DNA from: a virus
DNA: 32,960 nt
Virus record (IMG/VR): IMGVR_UViG_3300045988_088052
Reading direction: 5' to 3' (one strand)
Of this stretch, positions 21,838 to 32,452 are shown piece after piece. The translations under genes were made by a program, and so were the position numbers. The notes below the pieces were generated by a model. It saw nothing but the letters and a program-made list of their open reading frames with translations. It was not told the origin of the DNA and made no database searches. Every line of letters begins with the position of its first letter. The first letter of the stretch is position 1.

Positions 21838-24203
21838 CAGTAAGCCCTCCCAAGCGCACGGTTGACCGCCTGTACCAAGTTCCTTGCGGCAGCTTCACCG
21901 GCTGCGTTATCGTAGCCGTTAAATGTGTTGTTCATTTCGATGGTGATGCCGCCACGGTCGTTTCCGTTCAGTGGCATAACATGGGCACGGCCACCGGCCA
22001 TGGTAAGCAGCTCCGGCCCGGCTTCGCCGACGATGGCGCTGCCGGAGGACAAAACTCCGCCCTTGGCAAGATAAGCAATTTTTCCGATGGTCGGAATATT
22101 AAATCCGAGGGACTTACCGCCCAAAACAGGAACCCAATCCGGAACATCAAAGTGAATGCTGTTAAGGCCGTTTATCATCCAGTTAATGGCGTCAATAACC
22201 ATGTTGATAAGGCCGATGATTCCATTAAGAGGAGCCTTTGCAATCGCCACAAGGGCTGTAAAGATGCCCTTAAAGATTTCCTGAACACCTGTCCATGCTC
22301 TTTCCCAGTCCCCCGTGAATACGCCACGAATAAAATCGATAATACCGTCAAAAACGGCCTTTATGGAATCCCAAACGGATTTTACTGTTGCGAAGAAGAA
22401 ATTTAAGATTTCCCCCAATACTCCAAACGATTCCGACCAATCCGTCGTAAATACGCCCTGTAAGAAATCATCCACACGCTGGAGGATGGCCTGTATCTCG
22501 TCTCCACTTGTTGCAATCCAAGCAACAAGTCCTACAATGGCAGCTATGAGAAGCACGATAGGATTTGCGATTATGAAATTTATGGCCGTTATCAGCGCCG
22601 GGATAACCGTTCCAGTTATAAAACTGATGGCTCCGGCAATTCCCGAAATAATGCCTGCAATCGGGGAAATCGCCGCAATAAGACCGCCGACAATAAGGAT
22701 CGTCTTTTTGACCCCATCGTCTAGGTTTGAAAACCAACCGATTGCATTTTGAAGCCCTGCGACGATTTTATTGATAATCGGCAGCAGGATATCACCGATA
22801 GAGATTGCCAAGTTATTGAGCCCGTTTCGGAGGATTTTCATCTGGCTTTCGGTCGTAGCGTATCTCTTGGACGCTTCTTCCGATAGTGCTGTGTTTTCCT
22901 CCCATGCAGTATTTGCGGTTGTAACAGCATCGTCCAATACATTGGACGCAAGGGCTAACGCACGGAGCATATTTGACTGGCGAATCCCGGAGAGCCCCAA
23001 TTCATCCAATACGGAGATTGTGTCCTCTCCATTTTCGTTCATCTTCCCAAGCCCGCCGATGAAAGCACTGATTGCGTCTATCGGTTCATTGCCCCACATA
23101 TCTGCGAATTCAGAAGCAGATACACCAGCGATCTTTGCGAATGTTTCAAGATCATCACCGCCGGCAGACACAGCCTTGCTTATTGCGGTCATTGTTTGGG
23201 TCATTGCCGTACCGCCTGCCTCTGCGTTGATGCCAACAGAGGACATTGCGGTGGACAATGCAAGGATATCCTGTTCGGACAACCCGGCAACTGTACCAGC
23301 AGACGCAAGGCGTGTAGCCATCTCAACAATATCGCGCTCTGTTGTGGCAAAGTTATTGCCAAGGTCAACGATGGTACTGCCGAGTTTGGAGTATTCATCA
23401 GCGGTCGTTCCGGTAATGTTGGCAAATTTGGCAAGTGCAGAGGCAGCTTCATCAGCGGAAAGGTTGGTTGCTTCGCCCAAGTCGATCATAACGCGGGTAA
23501 AGTCAAGTACATCATCGGTGGCAATACCCAACTGTCCAGCAGCTTCCGCAACCGCCGCAATCTCCGTAGTGGACGCAGGAATTTCTTCTGCCATGTCCAA
23601 TATGCCCTGCCGGAGTGCCGCAAGCTGCTCTGTAGTGCCGTCTACTGTTTTTTCAACGCCAGCAAAGGCGCTTTCAAATTCTACAGCCGCTTTTGTGGCT
23701 GCCACTCCTGCTCCTGCAAAGGCCAAAGATGCCGGTGCAAACTTCTTTGCAATGGTCCCGGACTTTTCTGCTATTTCGCCGGTAACCGCTGAAACCTGTG
23801 CAAGTGCCGCACGGCTCCTGGACGCTTCGGCCTGTAGGTCTTTCAGCTTTAGTTCGGCGCTGGTCAGTTCCCGGACTAACTCACGGTATTGTTTTTGGTT
23901 GATCTCCGTGCCGTCCGCCATTTCCTGATCCGCTTTCTTTTTGGCGTTTCGGAGGCTTTCAACCTTGTTTTCTGTATTTTTGATTTGTTCCCCGAGCAAT
24001 TGCTCCTTTTGTTTGAGCAGGTCAATATTAGTCGGGTCGAGTTTCAGCAGGCGATTGACTTTATTAAGCTCCGATTGTGTCCCACGGATTTCGCTGTTCA
24101 GCGAGCTGATCGCTTTCGACAATCCCTTTGTATCGCCGCCGATTTCAACAACGATGCCTTTAACATTTTCAGCCAATCTTACCACCTCCTGCAAAGAAAT
24201 CAC
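21837..24203 (-). CDS. Tape measure protein
   Basis: The 788-aa protein has an N-terminal coiled coil, a central Ala/Gly-rich helical region and hydrophobic helices (ILIVGGLIAAISPIAGIISGIAGAI). The likely start is TTG at 24176, 8 nt after AGGAGG. Confidence 0.9.
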   Translation of the reverse strand: MISLQEVVRLAENVKGIVVEIGGDTKGLSKAISSLNSEIRGTQSELNKVNRLLKLDPTNIDLLKQKEQLLGEQIKNTENKVESLRNAKKKADQEMADGTEINQKQYRELVRELTSAELKLKDLQAEASRSRAALAQVSAVTGEIAEKSGTIAKKFAPASLAFAGAGVAATKAAVEFESAFAGVEKTVDGTTEQLAALRQGILDMAEEIPASTTEIAAVAEAAGQLGIATDDVLDFTRVMIDLGEATNLSADEAASALAKFANITGTTADEYSKLGSTIVDLGNNFATTERDIVEMATRLASAGTVAGLSEQDILALSTAMSSVGINAEAGGTAMTQTMTAISKAVSAGGDDLETFAKIAGVSASEFADMWGNEPIDAISAFIGGLGKMNENGEDTISVLDELGLSGIRQSNMLRALALASNVLDDAVTTANTAWEENTALSEEASKRYATTESQMKILRNGLNNLAISIGDILLPIINKIVAGLQNAIGWFSNLDDGVKKTILIVGGLIAAISPIAGIISGIAGAISFITGTVIPALITAINFIIANPIVLLIAAIVGLVAWIATSGDEIQAILQRVDDFLQGVFTTDWSESFGVLGEILNFFFATVKSVWDSIKAVFDGIIDFIRGVFTGDWERAWTGVQEIFKGIFTALVAIAKAPLNGIIGLINMVIDAINWMINGLNSIHFDVPDWVPVLGGKSLGFNIPTIGKIAYLAKGGVLSSGSAIVGEAGPELLTMAGGRAHVMPLNGNDRGGITIEMNNTFNGYDNAAGEAAARNLVQAVNRALGRAY

Positions 24204-24716
24204 GCAAGCCGCCGGGTCTGCCCCTTATGGCATACTGTTCTGCATCATTGGCCTTTTCGATCATCAGATCGTAGACCATTCCGCAGGTCATGTCCTCCAG
24301 CGCTTCGTCGGATAACCCGAGTTCAGCGCAGCGGAGCATAAAGGTTGACCCGGTGGGCTCACGCACGGTTTGTTTTATTTTTTTTTTGGAACAGCGGTAG
24401 TCTTGTTGTTGAGGCTCCAAAGCTCCAAAATGGCAGGCAGCACTTTGTAGATGGAAAACATCTCAAACTGCTCCAGCCACTCGTCAACATTGTCTGGGAT
24501 AGACCCGTCATATTGCCGAGCCATGATAAAAGCGACATCCTCAAAGATTTCAAGATCGCTTACGGAAAAAGAACCGTCCTCGGATGTCGCTGCCGTTTGT
24601 AGCTTTTGCAGGTCACGGACAATGTCCCGCCCCACCTTATGGCGGTAAATGCGGGGGGTCAGCGCATTAGCGCACAACCCTACGCTTTTTCCGTCGATCT
24701 CGATTACTTTGTTCAT
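24169..24716 (-). CDS. Tail assembly chaperone -1 frameshift product (GT-like)
   Basis: ORF 24169..24420 is in the -1 frame relative to 24375..24716. The two share the slippery run CCAAAAAAAAAATAA. Confidence 0.6.
24375..24716 (-). CDS. Tail assembly chaperone (G-like)
   Basis: The gene lies between the major tail protein and the tape measure. ATG at 24716 is 5 nt after GGAGG. The protein ends VPKKK-stop inside an A10 run. Confidence 0.7.
   Translation of the reverse strand: MNKVIEIDGKSVGLCANALTPRIYRHKVGRDIVRDLQKLQTAATSEDGSFSVSDLEIFEDVAFIMARQYDGSIPDNVDEWLEQFEMFSIYKVLPAILELWSLNNKTTAVPKKK
24378..24387 (-). promoter_or_regulatory. A10 slippery sequence for the -1 programmed frameshift
   Basis: T10 on the plus strand at 24378..24387. 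The zero frame reads CCA AAA AAA AAA TAA. Confidence 0.6.
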
Positions 24717-24717
24717 T

Positions 24718-25275
24718 TCAGCCTCCAGTCGTCGGAGTGAATACGGCATTGTACCAGCCGTTTACGGTGGCCTCGGGGGTTTCTGCTGTGGTATAGGCAA
24801 GGGAATTGCCATTGGCCAGCGGGGAAGCGGTGATGCTGACGGTCTGTGTCTGCGGCTCCACGCTCTCCGTAGTGGTATTCAGCTCACGAGAGGGACGGGT
24901 GCAGGTGCAGTTATACAGCACAAACTTGGTACCATTGGCGTCGCCCTCCTCCTGGAACAGCAGCGCAAAGGACTTGGGTTGAACATTGGCGTTTTCTATC
25001 ATCACCTTGCTGGTGGTGTCCTGGGTATAGCCAAAGATGTCCTTGAGGAAGGAATCGGGGAAAACCGCAACCTCAAGATCGCCGGTATAACCACTGTTGG
25101 CAACCGCCACAAAGTATTGGATGTTGTCTGCGTAAAAAGGAGTGGTATCGCCGGAGGGCTCCATGGACAGGCTCACAGCGCCGGGGATTGCTACAGGCGT
25201 ACCGTAGGAACTCCCATCGCTTTCGAGCACAGCATAATGGACATTGGAAATACCGAATTTAACTTTATCAGCCAT
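24718..25275 (-). CDS. Major tail protein
   Basis: The 185-aa protein begins MADKVKFGISNVHYAVL, typical of phi13/TP901-type major tail proteins. It lies upstream of the chaperones. Confidence 0.75.
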   Translation of the reverse strand: MADKVKFGISNVHYAVLESDGSSYGTPVAIPGAVSLSMEPSGDTTPFYADNIQYFVAVANSGYTGDLEVAVFPDSFLKDIFGYTQDTTSKVMIENANVQPKSFALLFQEEGDANGTKFVLYNCTCTRPSRELNTTTESVEPQTQTVSITASPLANGNSLAYTTAETPEATVNGWYNAVFTPTTGG

Positions 25276-25277
25276 TA

Positions 25278-25583
25278 TTACACCTCGATTTCATAGATGA
25301 CTTGGTTACATTGCTGATCTTCAATGTAACTCTCGGACTTCTGCCAAAACAGAGAGGACAAAGCCTGTTCGACTTTGCCCTCTGCTGTTAGGTCTTTATC
25401 TTTTGTGTAAAGTTCAACCTGTATATGGTTGATGGGGTGATACACCACATTATCAGCGCCAAAATTATTGGAGTAGGAGACGCGATAGAGGATGTACGGT
25501 AACTTTTGCGGCTTGTTAAAGTAGCCGTAGGCTACGGCCATCCTCGTCTGTTTTAACAGGGAATTGACCTCTTGTAGTGTCAT
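25278..25583 (-). CDS. Tail-completion/terminator-position protein (101 aa)
   Basis: The call rests on position only, between the gp10-like protein and the major tail protein. Confidence 0.45.
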   Translation of the reverse strand: MTLQEVNSLLKQTRMAVAYGYFNKPQKLPYILYRVSYSNNFGADNVVYHPINHIQVELYTKDKDLTAEGKVEQALSSLFWQKSESYIEDQQCNQVIYEIEV

Positions 25584-25972
25584 CCTTTCTTAATCACCAC
25601 CTTTACACGGGTTAATAGTTTCTGCTCTGCCTTTTGCTCCGCGGGGCCGATGTGGGGGAACGGACGAGCAGAGCCTTTTGCGGTTCCGCCGGGGCCTGCG
25701 TGGCCATGTTCCAGCAAGTGGGTGAGCTGGTAATCCGTTTTGTTGAAAACCCTCATGCGAATGTCGCTGTAGCTCTCATATGCAACCTTGTCACGCCAAC
25801 CAGCCTTATAATCTCCCGTCAATACAGGGCTGCCGGAAACAATGTCTTGGCGGCACTCTTTAGCTACCTGCCGAACCTCTTTTTTTATGCCATCCGTGAC
25901 ATCCTGGTCATAGTTTTTCAGTTCGGACAGGATCGCCGCCGCCAGCTCATCCGGCTTAACCGTTTTCGACAT
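25580..25972 (-). CDS. HK97 gp10-family tail component
   Basis: The pattern is DELAAAILSELKNYDQDVTDGIKKEVRQVAKE...TGDYKAGW... ATG at 25972 is preferred over TTG at 25993. Confidence 0.65.
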   Translation of the reverse strand: MSKTVKPDELAAAILSELKNYDQDVTDGIKKEVRQVAKECRQDIVSGSPVLTGDYKAGWRDKVAYESYSDIRMRVFNKTDYQLTHLLEHGHAGPGGTAKGSARPFPHIGPAEQKAEQKLLTRVKVVIKKG

Positions 25973-26294
25973 CGTTGCCCACCTTTTCCTCAAGATACAG
26001 CTCTATTTCATCGCTACCTGTTGCAAAATAGGTGCGATAAATGGAATAGCGTGTACCGCGCCACTCGGCTAATTTCTGCCCAGCATAGTTGGCGATAGGA
26101 GTAATTGCCACGATGGACGGCTGCAGGCCGTTTTGACCGGCGGAATAGAACTCCGCCCGCGTAGCGGACTGCAACCGCGCCCATACCTGCGTTACGGTTT
26201 CTGTGGCAATCTGTACGCCAATGTCGTTTTGCTCAAAGGTTTGGGAGATCAATGTAATGAGATCATCCAAATCAACCACCCGCCTTTTGCTCAA
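25956..26294 (-). CDS. Head closure / head-tail adaptor protein
   Basis: The ...VWARLQSATRAEFYSAGQNG...YRTY... pattern and the gene position support the call. The start is TTG or GTG and uncertain. Confidence 0.6.
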   Translation of the reverse strand: MSKRRVVDLDDLITLISQTFEQNDIGVQIATETVTQVWARLQSATRAEFYSAGQNGLQPSIVAITPIANYAGQKLAEWRGTRYSIYRTYFATGSDEIELYLEEKVGNDVENG

Positions 26295-26544
26295 ACAGCC
26301 GGTTGTTAAGTGCCCACCGGAGCATTCGGGGCATCGCTACCGCCTTTTCTCGGCGCTGCCGGTAAAGGTAGGCGGCGTACATCTCCACCAGCATGGCATC
26401 GCCGGTGCTGGTGGAGAGTACAATCCCTTCGGTAGCAATATACTCCTTGGCAGACGCGATCAGCGCCGAAAGGTAATCGTCGAGCGCTGTTGTGGAAAGC
26501 TGCAAATCAACCTTCAAAATCACGAGGATATCGGCGTCTGTCAT
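26272..26544 (-). CDS. gp6-like head-tail connector protein
   Basis: MTDADILVILKVDLQLSTTALDDYLSALIASAKEYI is the typical gp6-like N-terminus. Confidence 0.65.
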   Translation of the reverse strand: MTDADILVILKVDLQLSTTALDDYLSALIASAKEYIATEGIVLSTSTGDAMLVEMYAAYLYRQRREKAVAMPRMLRWALNNRLFEQKAGG

Positions 26545-26558
26545 GCTTTAACCCCCTT

Positions 26559-28244
26559 TTAGGAAGCCTTGGTTACATTGACGGTGTAAACAACAGTCTC
26601 GTTACCGTTCTTTACAGTGACGGTCAGAGGATGGGCAGTACCATCGGCCAGCCAGGTAACAGTGCCGCCGTTCTTCACATTGGCGTTGTTGTAGGCAATA
26701 GCGACCTGCGCACCGGCAACCTCGGTAGTGGCGTTTACTGCAGCAGTCGCAGCGGAAGCGGTAGCGGTGTAGCTCAGCACATCGCCATCAAAAGCAGGGC
26801 TGAGGGACAGGTTTCCAACGGTCAGAGCGGACAGCTTGGCGTTGTTGGCGGTATCAGCCGCAAAGGTCATGGAGGTGGTTACGGAAGCGCCGTTAATGTT
26901 GATCGCCACAAAAGCGCCGGGGATAACGGGCATACCGTCAGCGCGCTCTTTGCCGCGGAATACGGTGTTGTCCTGAATGAACTGAACCTCGCGGGATGCT
27001 TCGATAGTCATGCCGGAGCGCTGCGCCCACAGGTACAGGTCGCCATAGCCGCCAACGATGTCGCCATCGGGGATAAATTCGAGGATTTCCACATCACCGC
27101 CGATGATGGGCATGGTCATACCGTCAAAGGTGACATACCGGCCCAAAGCGGTAGCAAGGATTGCCTTGGACTGCAGAGTAGCCAGGGTCTTGCTATTCAT
27201 AGCCCAGAAGCGCTCGCCGCGGGAATAGCGGGTGAAGGTGTTACCAGCAGCAACAGCCAGCGCAGCCCAGAAAGCCTCGCCGGTAGAAGCGGTGGGAATG
27301 GTGATGATGTTGGAGGTATGCAGGTCAACCCAAGCAGGAGCATTGGCCGGGTAATCGCTAGGCTTGCTCTCCTGTGCCAGACGGGTCACGATACCGAGAG
27401 GCATCTTCTGACCAGCGCCCTTACCGTACAGGATGGCCTTATCCTTGGCAAGGCCGATAGCCTCGGACAGCATCTCGACGATCCAGGAAGCAAGGTTTAC
27501 ATCGTTATCCTCCAGCAGGGAGTTACAAACAGGAACATAACCGGCAACCTTGAAACCGTCGAGGGTGATCTGGTTAAAGCTGAAGGTCAGCTCATTGATA
27601 GCGCCACACATTTCAGTCCAAACGGCCTCGGGGACAGTACCGGCAATGGTCTGACGGGCTTCGCCATTGACATTGCGGATGCGGACACGACGCATCAGCT
27701 TGGAGTAGCGATACATATTCTCGGCAATGAGCTCGAGGAATACAACAGGGATGGTCAGCTCGCCACCGGTGATATCTCTCTTGCTGTGGGCAGCGTTACG
27801 CAGCTCCGCAAAGAAGGTCTGCACATCGGGCTGGGCTACGATAGCGTCACGCTGCTCCTTGGGGAGAGCGTCAAAGGCGCGTACATTCATAGGGAGGGAG
27901 CGAATGTTGATGGTATTCATAGTAAAATCATTCCTTTCGTCTTTCTTTTTGGGTTCGTGGTCAGCTTTTGGTGGATCTTTTTCAGCGTTTTCCAAATCCT
28001 CCTCAAGGCCCTTAATTTCTGCGGACAGCTTTTCCTTTTCGGCGTTGTGGGCATCCTGATCCTCGGTAAATTGGTTCATTGCATCCTCAACTGCCTGCTG
28101 CTCCTCTTCGGTAGTGGCTTCGCCAATAGCCTTTTCGATTTCAGCGGAGCGGGTTGCAAATTCGGCGTCCTTGGCGATCAGCGCATCAAAAGCGGCCCTT
28201 TTCAGTTCCAGCTTTTTGGCGATCATGATGGATTTCAGTGCCAT
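26559..28244 (-). CDS. HK97-type major capsid protein with C-terminal cadherin/Ig-like beta-sandwich domain
   Basis: An N-terminal coiled-coil delta-like region (aa 1-105) is followed by an HK97-fold core ending about aa 450. A C-terminal extension of about 104 aa begins LSALTVGNLSLSPAFDGDVLSYTATA. Confidence 0.88.
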   Translation of the reverse strand: MALKSIMIAKKLELKRAAFDALIAKDAEFATRSAEIEKAIGEATTEEEQQAVEDAMNQFTEDQDAHNAEKEKLSAEIKGLEEDLENAEKDPPKADHEPKKKDERNDFTMNTINIRSLPMNVRAFDALPKEQRDAIVAQPDVQTFFAELRNAAHSKRDITGGELTIPVVFLELIAENMYRYSKLMRRVRIRNVNGEARQTIAGTVPEAVWTEMCGAINELTFSFNQITLDGFKVAGYVPVCNSLLEDNDVNLASWIVEMLSEAIGLAKDKAILYGKGAGQKMPLGIVTRLAQESKPSDYPANAPAWVDLHTSNIITIPTASTGEAFWAALAVAAGNTFTRYSRGERFWAMNSKTLATLQSKAILATALGRYVTFDGMTMPIIGGDVEILEFIPDGDIVGGYGDLYLWAQRSGMTIEASREVQFIQDNTVFRGKERADGMPVIPGAFVAININGASVTTSMTFAADTANNAKLSALTVGNLSLSPAFDGDVLSYTATASAATAAVNATTEVAGAQVAIAYNNANVKNGGTVTWLADGTAHPLTVTVKNGNETVVYTVNVTKAS

Positions 28245-28245
28245 A

Positions 28246-28818
28246 TCAGCACTCCTTTCTTAGTTTTTTGAGAGCGTCGGCTCTCCATTGGTCGAGCTTG
28301 CGCTCATTGATCTTTTCAAGGTCTTTTTTCCTGGCTTCTACCATGGTGTCCTCATAGGCCGGGAAGGTTACGACCGATACCTCATACAGCTTGACTTTGC
28401 GAATTGTCCACACAGTTGTGCCATCCGGCCGGATTTCGGTTTCCTCGTCAAGGATGTCAAAACCGAAAGAACACTGGGAAACATCTCCACGCTTTACGCG
28501 CTCATAGGCGTTCATAGCGTCTTGGTCGGCTTGGTTTACAAGGATAGACCCCCAAAGGCCCAAATCATCAACGCGGAGGGTCAGTGTACCGGCTGTAGTT
28601 CGTCCGAGTACCATTGTGGTATCATGGTTGACCAGCGCCCGGATATCATCACCGAGGGTGCCGTCAAAGGCCCCGCGGTCAATACGCTCAATGGCCTTAT
28701 CCCACATCCGGTACTCACCGGTAAAGGTTGCGAAATAGCCCTCAATGTAAAGGTTTCCATCGGCAGCGCGTGTCTTAAAGTCGCCGCTGCGGCTGATTGC
28801 CTGTCTTGCTCCTACCAT
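28246..28818 (-). CDS. HK97-family prohead protease
   Basis: The pattern is YIEGYFATF...RALVNHD...VLGRT...L.L. The gene lies between portal and capsid genes. Confidence 0.85.
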   Translation of the reverse strand: MVGARQAISRSGDFKTRAADGNLYIEGYFATFTGEYRMWDKAIERIDRGAFDGTLGDDIRALVNHDTTMVLGRTTAGTLTLRVDDLGLWGSILVNQADQDAMNAYERVKRGDVSQCSFGFDILDEETEIRPDGTTVWTIRKVKLYEVSVVTFPAYEDTMVEARKKDLEKINERKLDQWRADALKKLRKEC

Positions 28819-30012
28819 TTACTCACCTCCTCCGTTTAGTTTTTTCTGATCGCCGAGACGGTCAGCGGGAATGTAGTTTTCAAGGGCCAAAAGCTCGTCC
28901 ATGCCCTCATGCGGAGGAAGCCCCACCCAACTGCGCCACTCATTCCGCGTCATTGCCATGCGGTCAACCATTTCCGCACCAGCTTTGATGGTTTCCTCCA
29001 AGGAATAGTTGTAGAGGGAGCGAACATTGAAGCGGAAAAAGTAATCCGGAGATACGAGCAGCTTTCGGCTAAACTCCTGCTCCAAAATCTGTGCAATCGG
29101 CATGATACGGGAAGAAATAAAGTTGTTCCATTCGTCTCGCTTGAACTCGCCAACGCCCAAAACAAAAGGCGGAACACCGAGAATGGTTGCCACCGTCGTT
29201 TTATCCAGTTTTACGAAGTCTGCCAGCGCAAGATCGGACAGGGTAAGGGGCCGTACCTGTTCCACCGAGAATTGTTCGGCCGGAATCAGCCAAGGTTCCC
29301 CAGCTTTGTTGGATGCCGCAAATTCCTCAAGGAGCTTTGCTCGGCCCTCCGGGTTGGAAAACTCGTCTATCATAGCGTCAACCTTGACAATAAGGGACGG
29401 TTTCCATTCGCTTGCCATGAATCCCTTTTCTGTTGTCGCCGCCTGCTTTAGGTTATTTGCCACATCAGCCAGCGCAATGTTGTACCCAGTACCTTGCCAT
29501 GGGTAGTAATTGCTCGGATTGATTGCAAAGTGCAGTACATCCTCCGGGTCATAGGTTTTCCCAGATATTTCGATGCTGTAATACCGTTCCCCATTCGGGA
29601 CAAATGCCACAAATGCCGCCGGAATCGGGTCAAGCCGCCGAAGCAGGCCCTTCCGGGTCTTTGGGAGCACCACAGCGTTCCCCCTGCCATCCAGAAGCAT
29701 TGTCTTAATGATCCACTGGATAAAATTTGACCGCCCCATGTAGCTGTTTGGTTCGATATCCACTACACGAGACAGCCCGTTTTTTACCCGGATGTCTCCA
29801 CCGTCAGTGTTTTGCATCAGATAGATTGTCATGCTTCCGATTAAGTAAGCGATTCTATCAACGGCAGCACAGATTTCCGGGTTGTGTGCAAGGTCTGTAT
29901 ATCCGGAACAGGTCAGGTCTTTCCATCCGGTTCCATCACACAGGCATACAGCGCTCCGCGTTTGGGGCTTATCCCGAGAGCGGAAGCGCTCAAAAAAATT
30001 TGCTATGCTCAT
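28819..30012 (-). CDS. Portal protein (HK97 family)
   Basis: The 397-aa gene lies directly after TerL with an ATGA-type overlap. Its composition is typical of portal proteins. Confidence 0.85.
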   Translation of the reverse strand: MSIANFFERFRSRDKPQTRSAVCLCDGTGWKDLTCSGYTDLAHNPEICAAVDRIAYLIGSMTIYLMQNTDGGDIRVKNGLSRVVDIEPNSYMGRSNFIQWIIKTMLLDGRGNAVVLPKTRKGLLRRLDPIPAAFVAFVPNGERYYSIEISGKTYDPEDVLHFAINPSNYYPWQGTGYNIALADVANNLKQAATTEKGFMASEWKPSLIVKVDAMIDEFSNPEGRAKLLEEFAASNKAGEPWLIPAEQFSVEQVRPLTLSDLALADFVKLDKTTVATILGVPPFVLGVGEFKRDEWNNFISSRIMPIAQILEQEFSRKLLVSPDYFFRFNVRSLYNYSLEETIKAGAEMVDRMAMTRNEWRSWVGLPPHEGMDELLALENYIPADRLGDQKKLNGGGE

Positions 30013-31769
30013 TTATCACCCCACCATTTCTTTCCTGCTTTAGATTTATCCAAAGCCTCCAAATACCGCACTGTGGCGAATACAGAGGCGTCGAACACAT
30101 CAATTCGATTTGTCGGTCTTACCTTTTCGTACTGGATCATGTCGTCAGTCTTTTCGATGGCCGAGACATTCCCAACGCAATACTCGTAGGCTTCGGAATG
30201 CATATAGTACAGCGTCCCATTTTTGGCGCTCTGTTCAATATGCCGGAAGCCCTCGGATTTTTTGTAAAAAAACTGCGGCTGATCGATAATGTTAAAGCCT
30301 GCCGTTTTCATGCCAATGAAATACTCTCGGCAGAATTTTCGATCATGCCCAACCTGTCGGATTTTGAATCCCTGCTTGCGCATGGATATAAACCAGTTGA
30401 CAACATCGGCGTGGTTTACGGTCGGACTGTTACACATGGTTAAAAGACCATCATCAGCCCAGCCGAAAAGCGGTATACCATCCTCGTCGGCCTTAACATG
30501 AGCCTGCACCACAGGGAACCAAGCGTGACTGATGATGATATCCACGCCTTTGTAATTTCCAAAAAGCGCAGCCGCCGTTAGGTCGTGCATTTTTGAGAGG
30601 TCTGCACCACCGTACCAGTCTATTGGGAGCTTGGAAAGCTCGTCCAGCGTCCAGTTGTATTTTTCATCGCTTCGCCGGAATTCGTCGAGGTTGAAATAGG
30701 ACTTGATAGCCCCGGTATAGACATTGAGAGACTTTGCGAAGAAATCTTTCCGCTGCTGCGGGTCATTCTGCGCCTGCAAGCTATCGTTTAGAATTTCCTC
30801 CGGCCGGATGGAAACGCCATAGGCCGGATTGGCCATCTCATGTACCAGGGGATTGGTATAGTCGATATTTCCCTCCTCATCCGGATTGGCGCAGCACATA
30901 AAGATAAAATATTGTTCGTCCTTGATGGTGCCATCCAGCACCTTTCGGCAGTATTGCAGCCGCTGCCCAAGGAAGCCCTGTTCGTTATCGCCAGCCGTGG
31001 AAATGCCTATCAGCAGCTTGTTGGTGTAGGCTTTCATGGCTTCCTTAAAAAGATTGTACTGCTTAGGCTTTGTAAAAGCGTGGATTTCATCGCAGATCGC
31101 AATATTGCAGTTAAGAGAATCCTGCGCATCCGGGTTTGCAGCCAGAGCGCGGATAAAAAACGAGCCGTCTGGAAGCTCTGCCTCCATTGAGTGCTCGTTG
31201 TTGTTGTCAATGATCTTTACACCGCCGCCATGCTTCTCGTCCTCGCCCATAAGCCGGATGTTATAATCCAGAAAATTAAAGCTTTCAAGGGACTGCATCA
31301 GAGCCGCGGCCGATATGTAGGTTTTGGAACCGCTGCGCCGGTACCACAGGGACAGCGCCCATGCGAGGGAAGCGGCAAAACTGGTTTTGATGTTCTTTCG
31401 AGGGATAAAAATAAGGGCTTCATGAAACCGCACCACATCGGTGCCTTTCAACTTAAACCCAAGAAGATTGTATATGATGAATTTGTGAAACGGCTCCAAC
31501 AGGAACGGCTTTCCCCGGAGCGGTGTACCGTCCAGCTTTTCCCCCTGCTGGTGGCAGAGGGTCTTTTCGATGATTTGAATACAGAACTCCGGCCCTTTCG
31601 GCGCGAAATCGTACTCGTCATTATCGAGGTCAGCAAAGAAACGGTCAACAGCCTGCCGCAATTCCTTGCAAGCGACCTTTCTCCCGTCTCTGATGCTTTC
31701 GGCATACTCAAGGACTACGGGCCAGTTCTTACCCTTAATCTGTCTCAAGGCTGGCAAGAGCAGCGGCAA
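30009..31769 (-). CDS. terL: Terminase large subunit
   Basis: The 586-aa protein has a Walker-A-like region ([12 protein letters not shown]) and DE residues (IAICDEIH), with a C-terminal nuclease region. The start is TTG, and its exact position is uncertain. Confidence 0.9.
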   Translation of the reverse strand: MPLLLPALRQIKGKNWPVVLEYAESIRDGRKVACKELRQAVDRFFADLDNDEYDFAPKGPEFCIQIIEKTLCHQQGEKLDGTPLRGKPFLLEPFHKFIIYNLLGFKLKGTDVVRFHEALIFIPRKNIKTSFAASLAWALSLWYRRSGSKTYISAAALMQSLESFNFLDYNIRLMGEDEKHGGGVKIIDNNNEHSMEAELPDGSFFIRALAANPDAQDSLNCNIAICDEIHAFTKPKQYNLFKEAMKAYTNKLLIGISTAGDNEQGFLGQRLQYCRKVLDGTIKDEQYFIFMCCANPDEEGNIDYTNPLVHEMANPAYGVSIRPEEILNDSLQAQNDPQQRKDFFAKSLNVYTGAIKSYFNLDEFRRSDEKYNWTLDELSKLPIDWYGGADLSKMHDLTAAALFGNYKGVDIIISHAWFPVVQAHVKADEDGIPLFGWADDGLLTMCNSPTVNHADVVNWFISMRKQGFKIRQVGHDRKFCREYFIGMKTAGFNIIDQPQFFYKKSEGFRHIEQSAKNGTLYYMHSEAYEYCVGNVSAIEKTDDMIQYEKVRPTNRIDVFDASVFATVRYLEALDKSKAGKKWWGDK

Positions 31770-32100
31770 GGCCGCCCTTTTCCTCCTTTTCCTTCACTCC
31801 GCCGGTCATTTTGCGGAAACTCGATGGAGTAAGCCCCAATTCGCGCCAGTATGCCAGTGCGCTCTTGTTGAGGTCGTCCCACAGAATCAATAGAGGGTTT
31901 TTTACCATGTTTGTGGCGTTCCCTTTGTTGGTATATTCGATGACGGACTTACCGCCGGACTTTTTGAACTCGGCCTTGGTCTTATCCCGCTGTTCCAGTA
32001 TCTCTGCAAGCGTTTCTACCGCAGATTGATAAGATGGGTCGGCCGTACCGAGTTTTTCCATCTGTTTTCCGATAGTTTCAACCCATTTTTCCTTTGTCAT
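31735..32100 (-). CDS. terS: Terminase small subunit (P27 family)
   Basis: The pattern is [19 protein letters not shown]...[32 protein letters not shown] at 32100 follows AAAGGGGA. The longer ORF-track start would run into the intergenic region. Confidence 0.75.
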   Translation of the reverse strand: MTKEKWVETIGKQMEKLGTADPSYQSAVETLAEILEQRDKTKAEFKKSGGKSVIEYTNKGNATNMVKNPLLILWDDLNKSALAYWRELGLTPSSFRKMTGGVKEKEEKGGLAAALASLETD

Positions 32101-32197
32101 GGCTTCCCCTTTCTCAAAAATATACCGTAGAGTTGGAAAAAGTTCCCCCCGCCGGTCCCCATAGACAGGCGGAAGGCGCAACGGATAGGGGGGGGTA

Positions 32198-32452
32198 TCA
32201 GTAACGGCCCCTTGCTGCTGTTGCTTTTTCTGGGTGTTGTTTGTTATGGCAACCCTCACACAGGCTTACTAAATTTTTATCTTCGTAAGCCAGCGCCGGG
32301 TACTCATCTGCGTGTTTGATATGATGCACCGTTGTAGCCTGTACCGCCTTTCCGTACCGCTTGCAGTGCTGGCACATATATCCGTCACGCCTTAATATCT
32401 GTTGGCGCTTCCTCCGCCACCTGGGAGAATTATAATCAAATACAATGTTCAT
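32198..32452 (-). CDS. HNH endonuclease (terminase-associated)
   Basis: The motif is CQHCKR...VHHIKH...NLVSLCEGCHNKQH. The gene lies immediately upstream of terS, as in HK97-like cos phages. Confidence 0.85.
   Translation of the reverse strand: MNIVFDYNSPRWRRKRQQILRRDGYMCQHCKRYGKAVQATTVHHIKHADEYPALAYEDKNLVSLCEGCHNKQHPEKATAARGRY

Noticed and set aside
22771-23928. 385-aa plus-strand ORF (also 23196..23792 and 21981..22406)
   Set aside because: These are antisense shadows of the Ala-rich tape measure gene. The minus-strand frame has clear tape measure features.
26490-28271. 593-aa plus-strand ORF
   Set aside because: It is antisense to the major capsid gene. Its composition is low-complexity and Gly/Ser-rich, as expected for a shadow frame, and it has no RBS.
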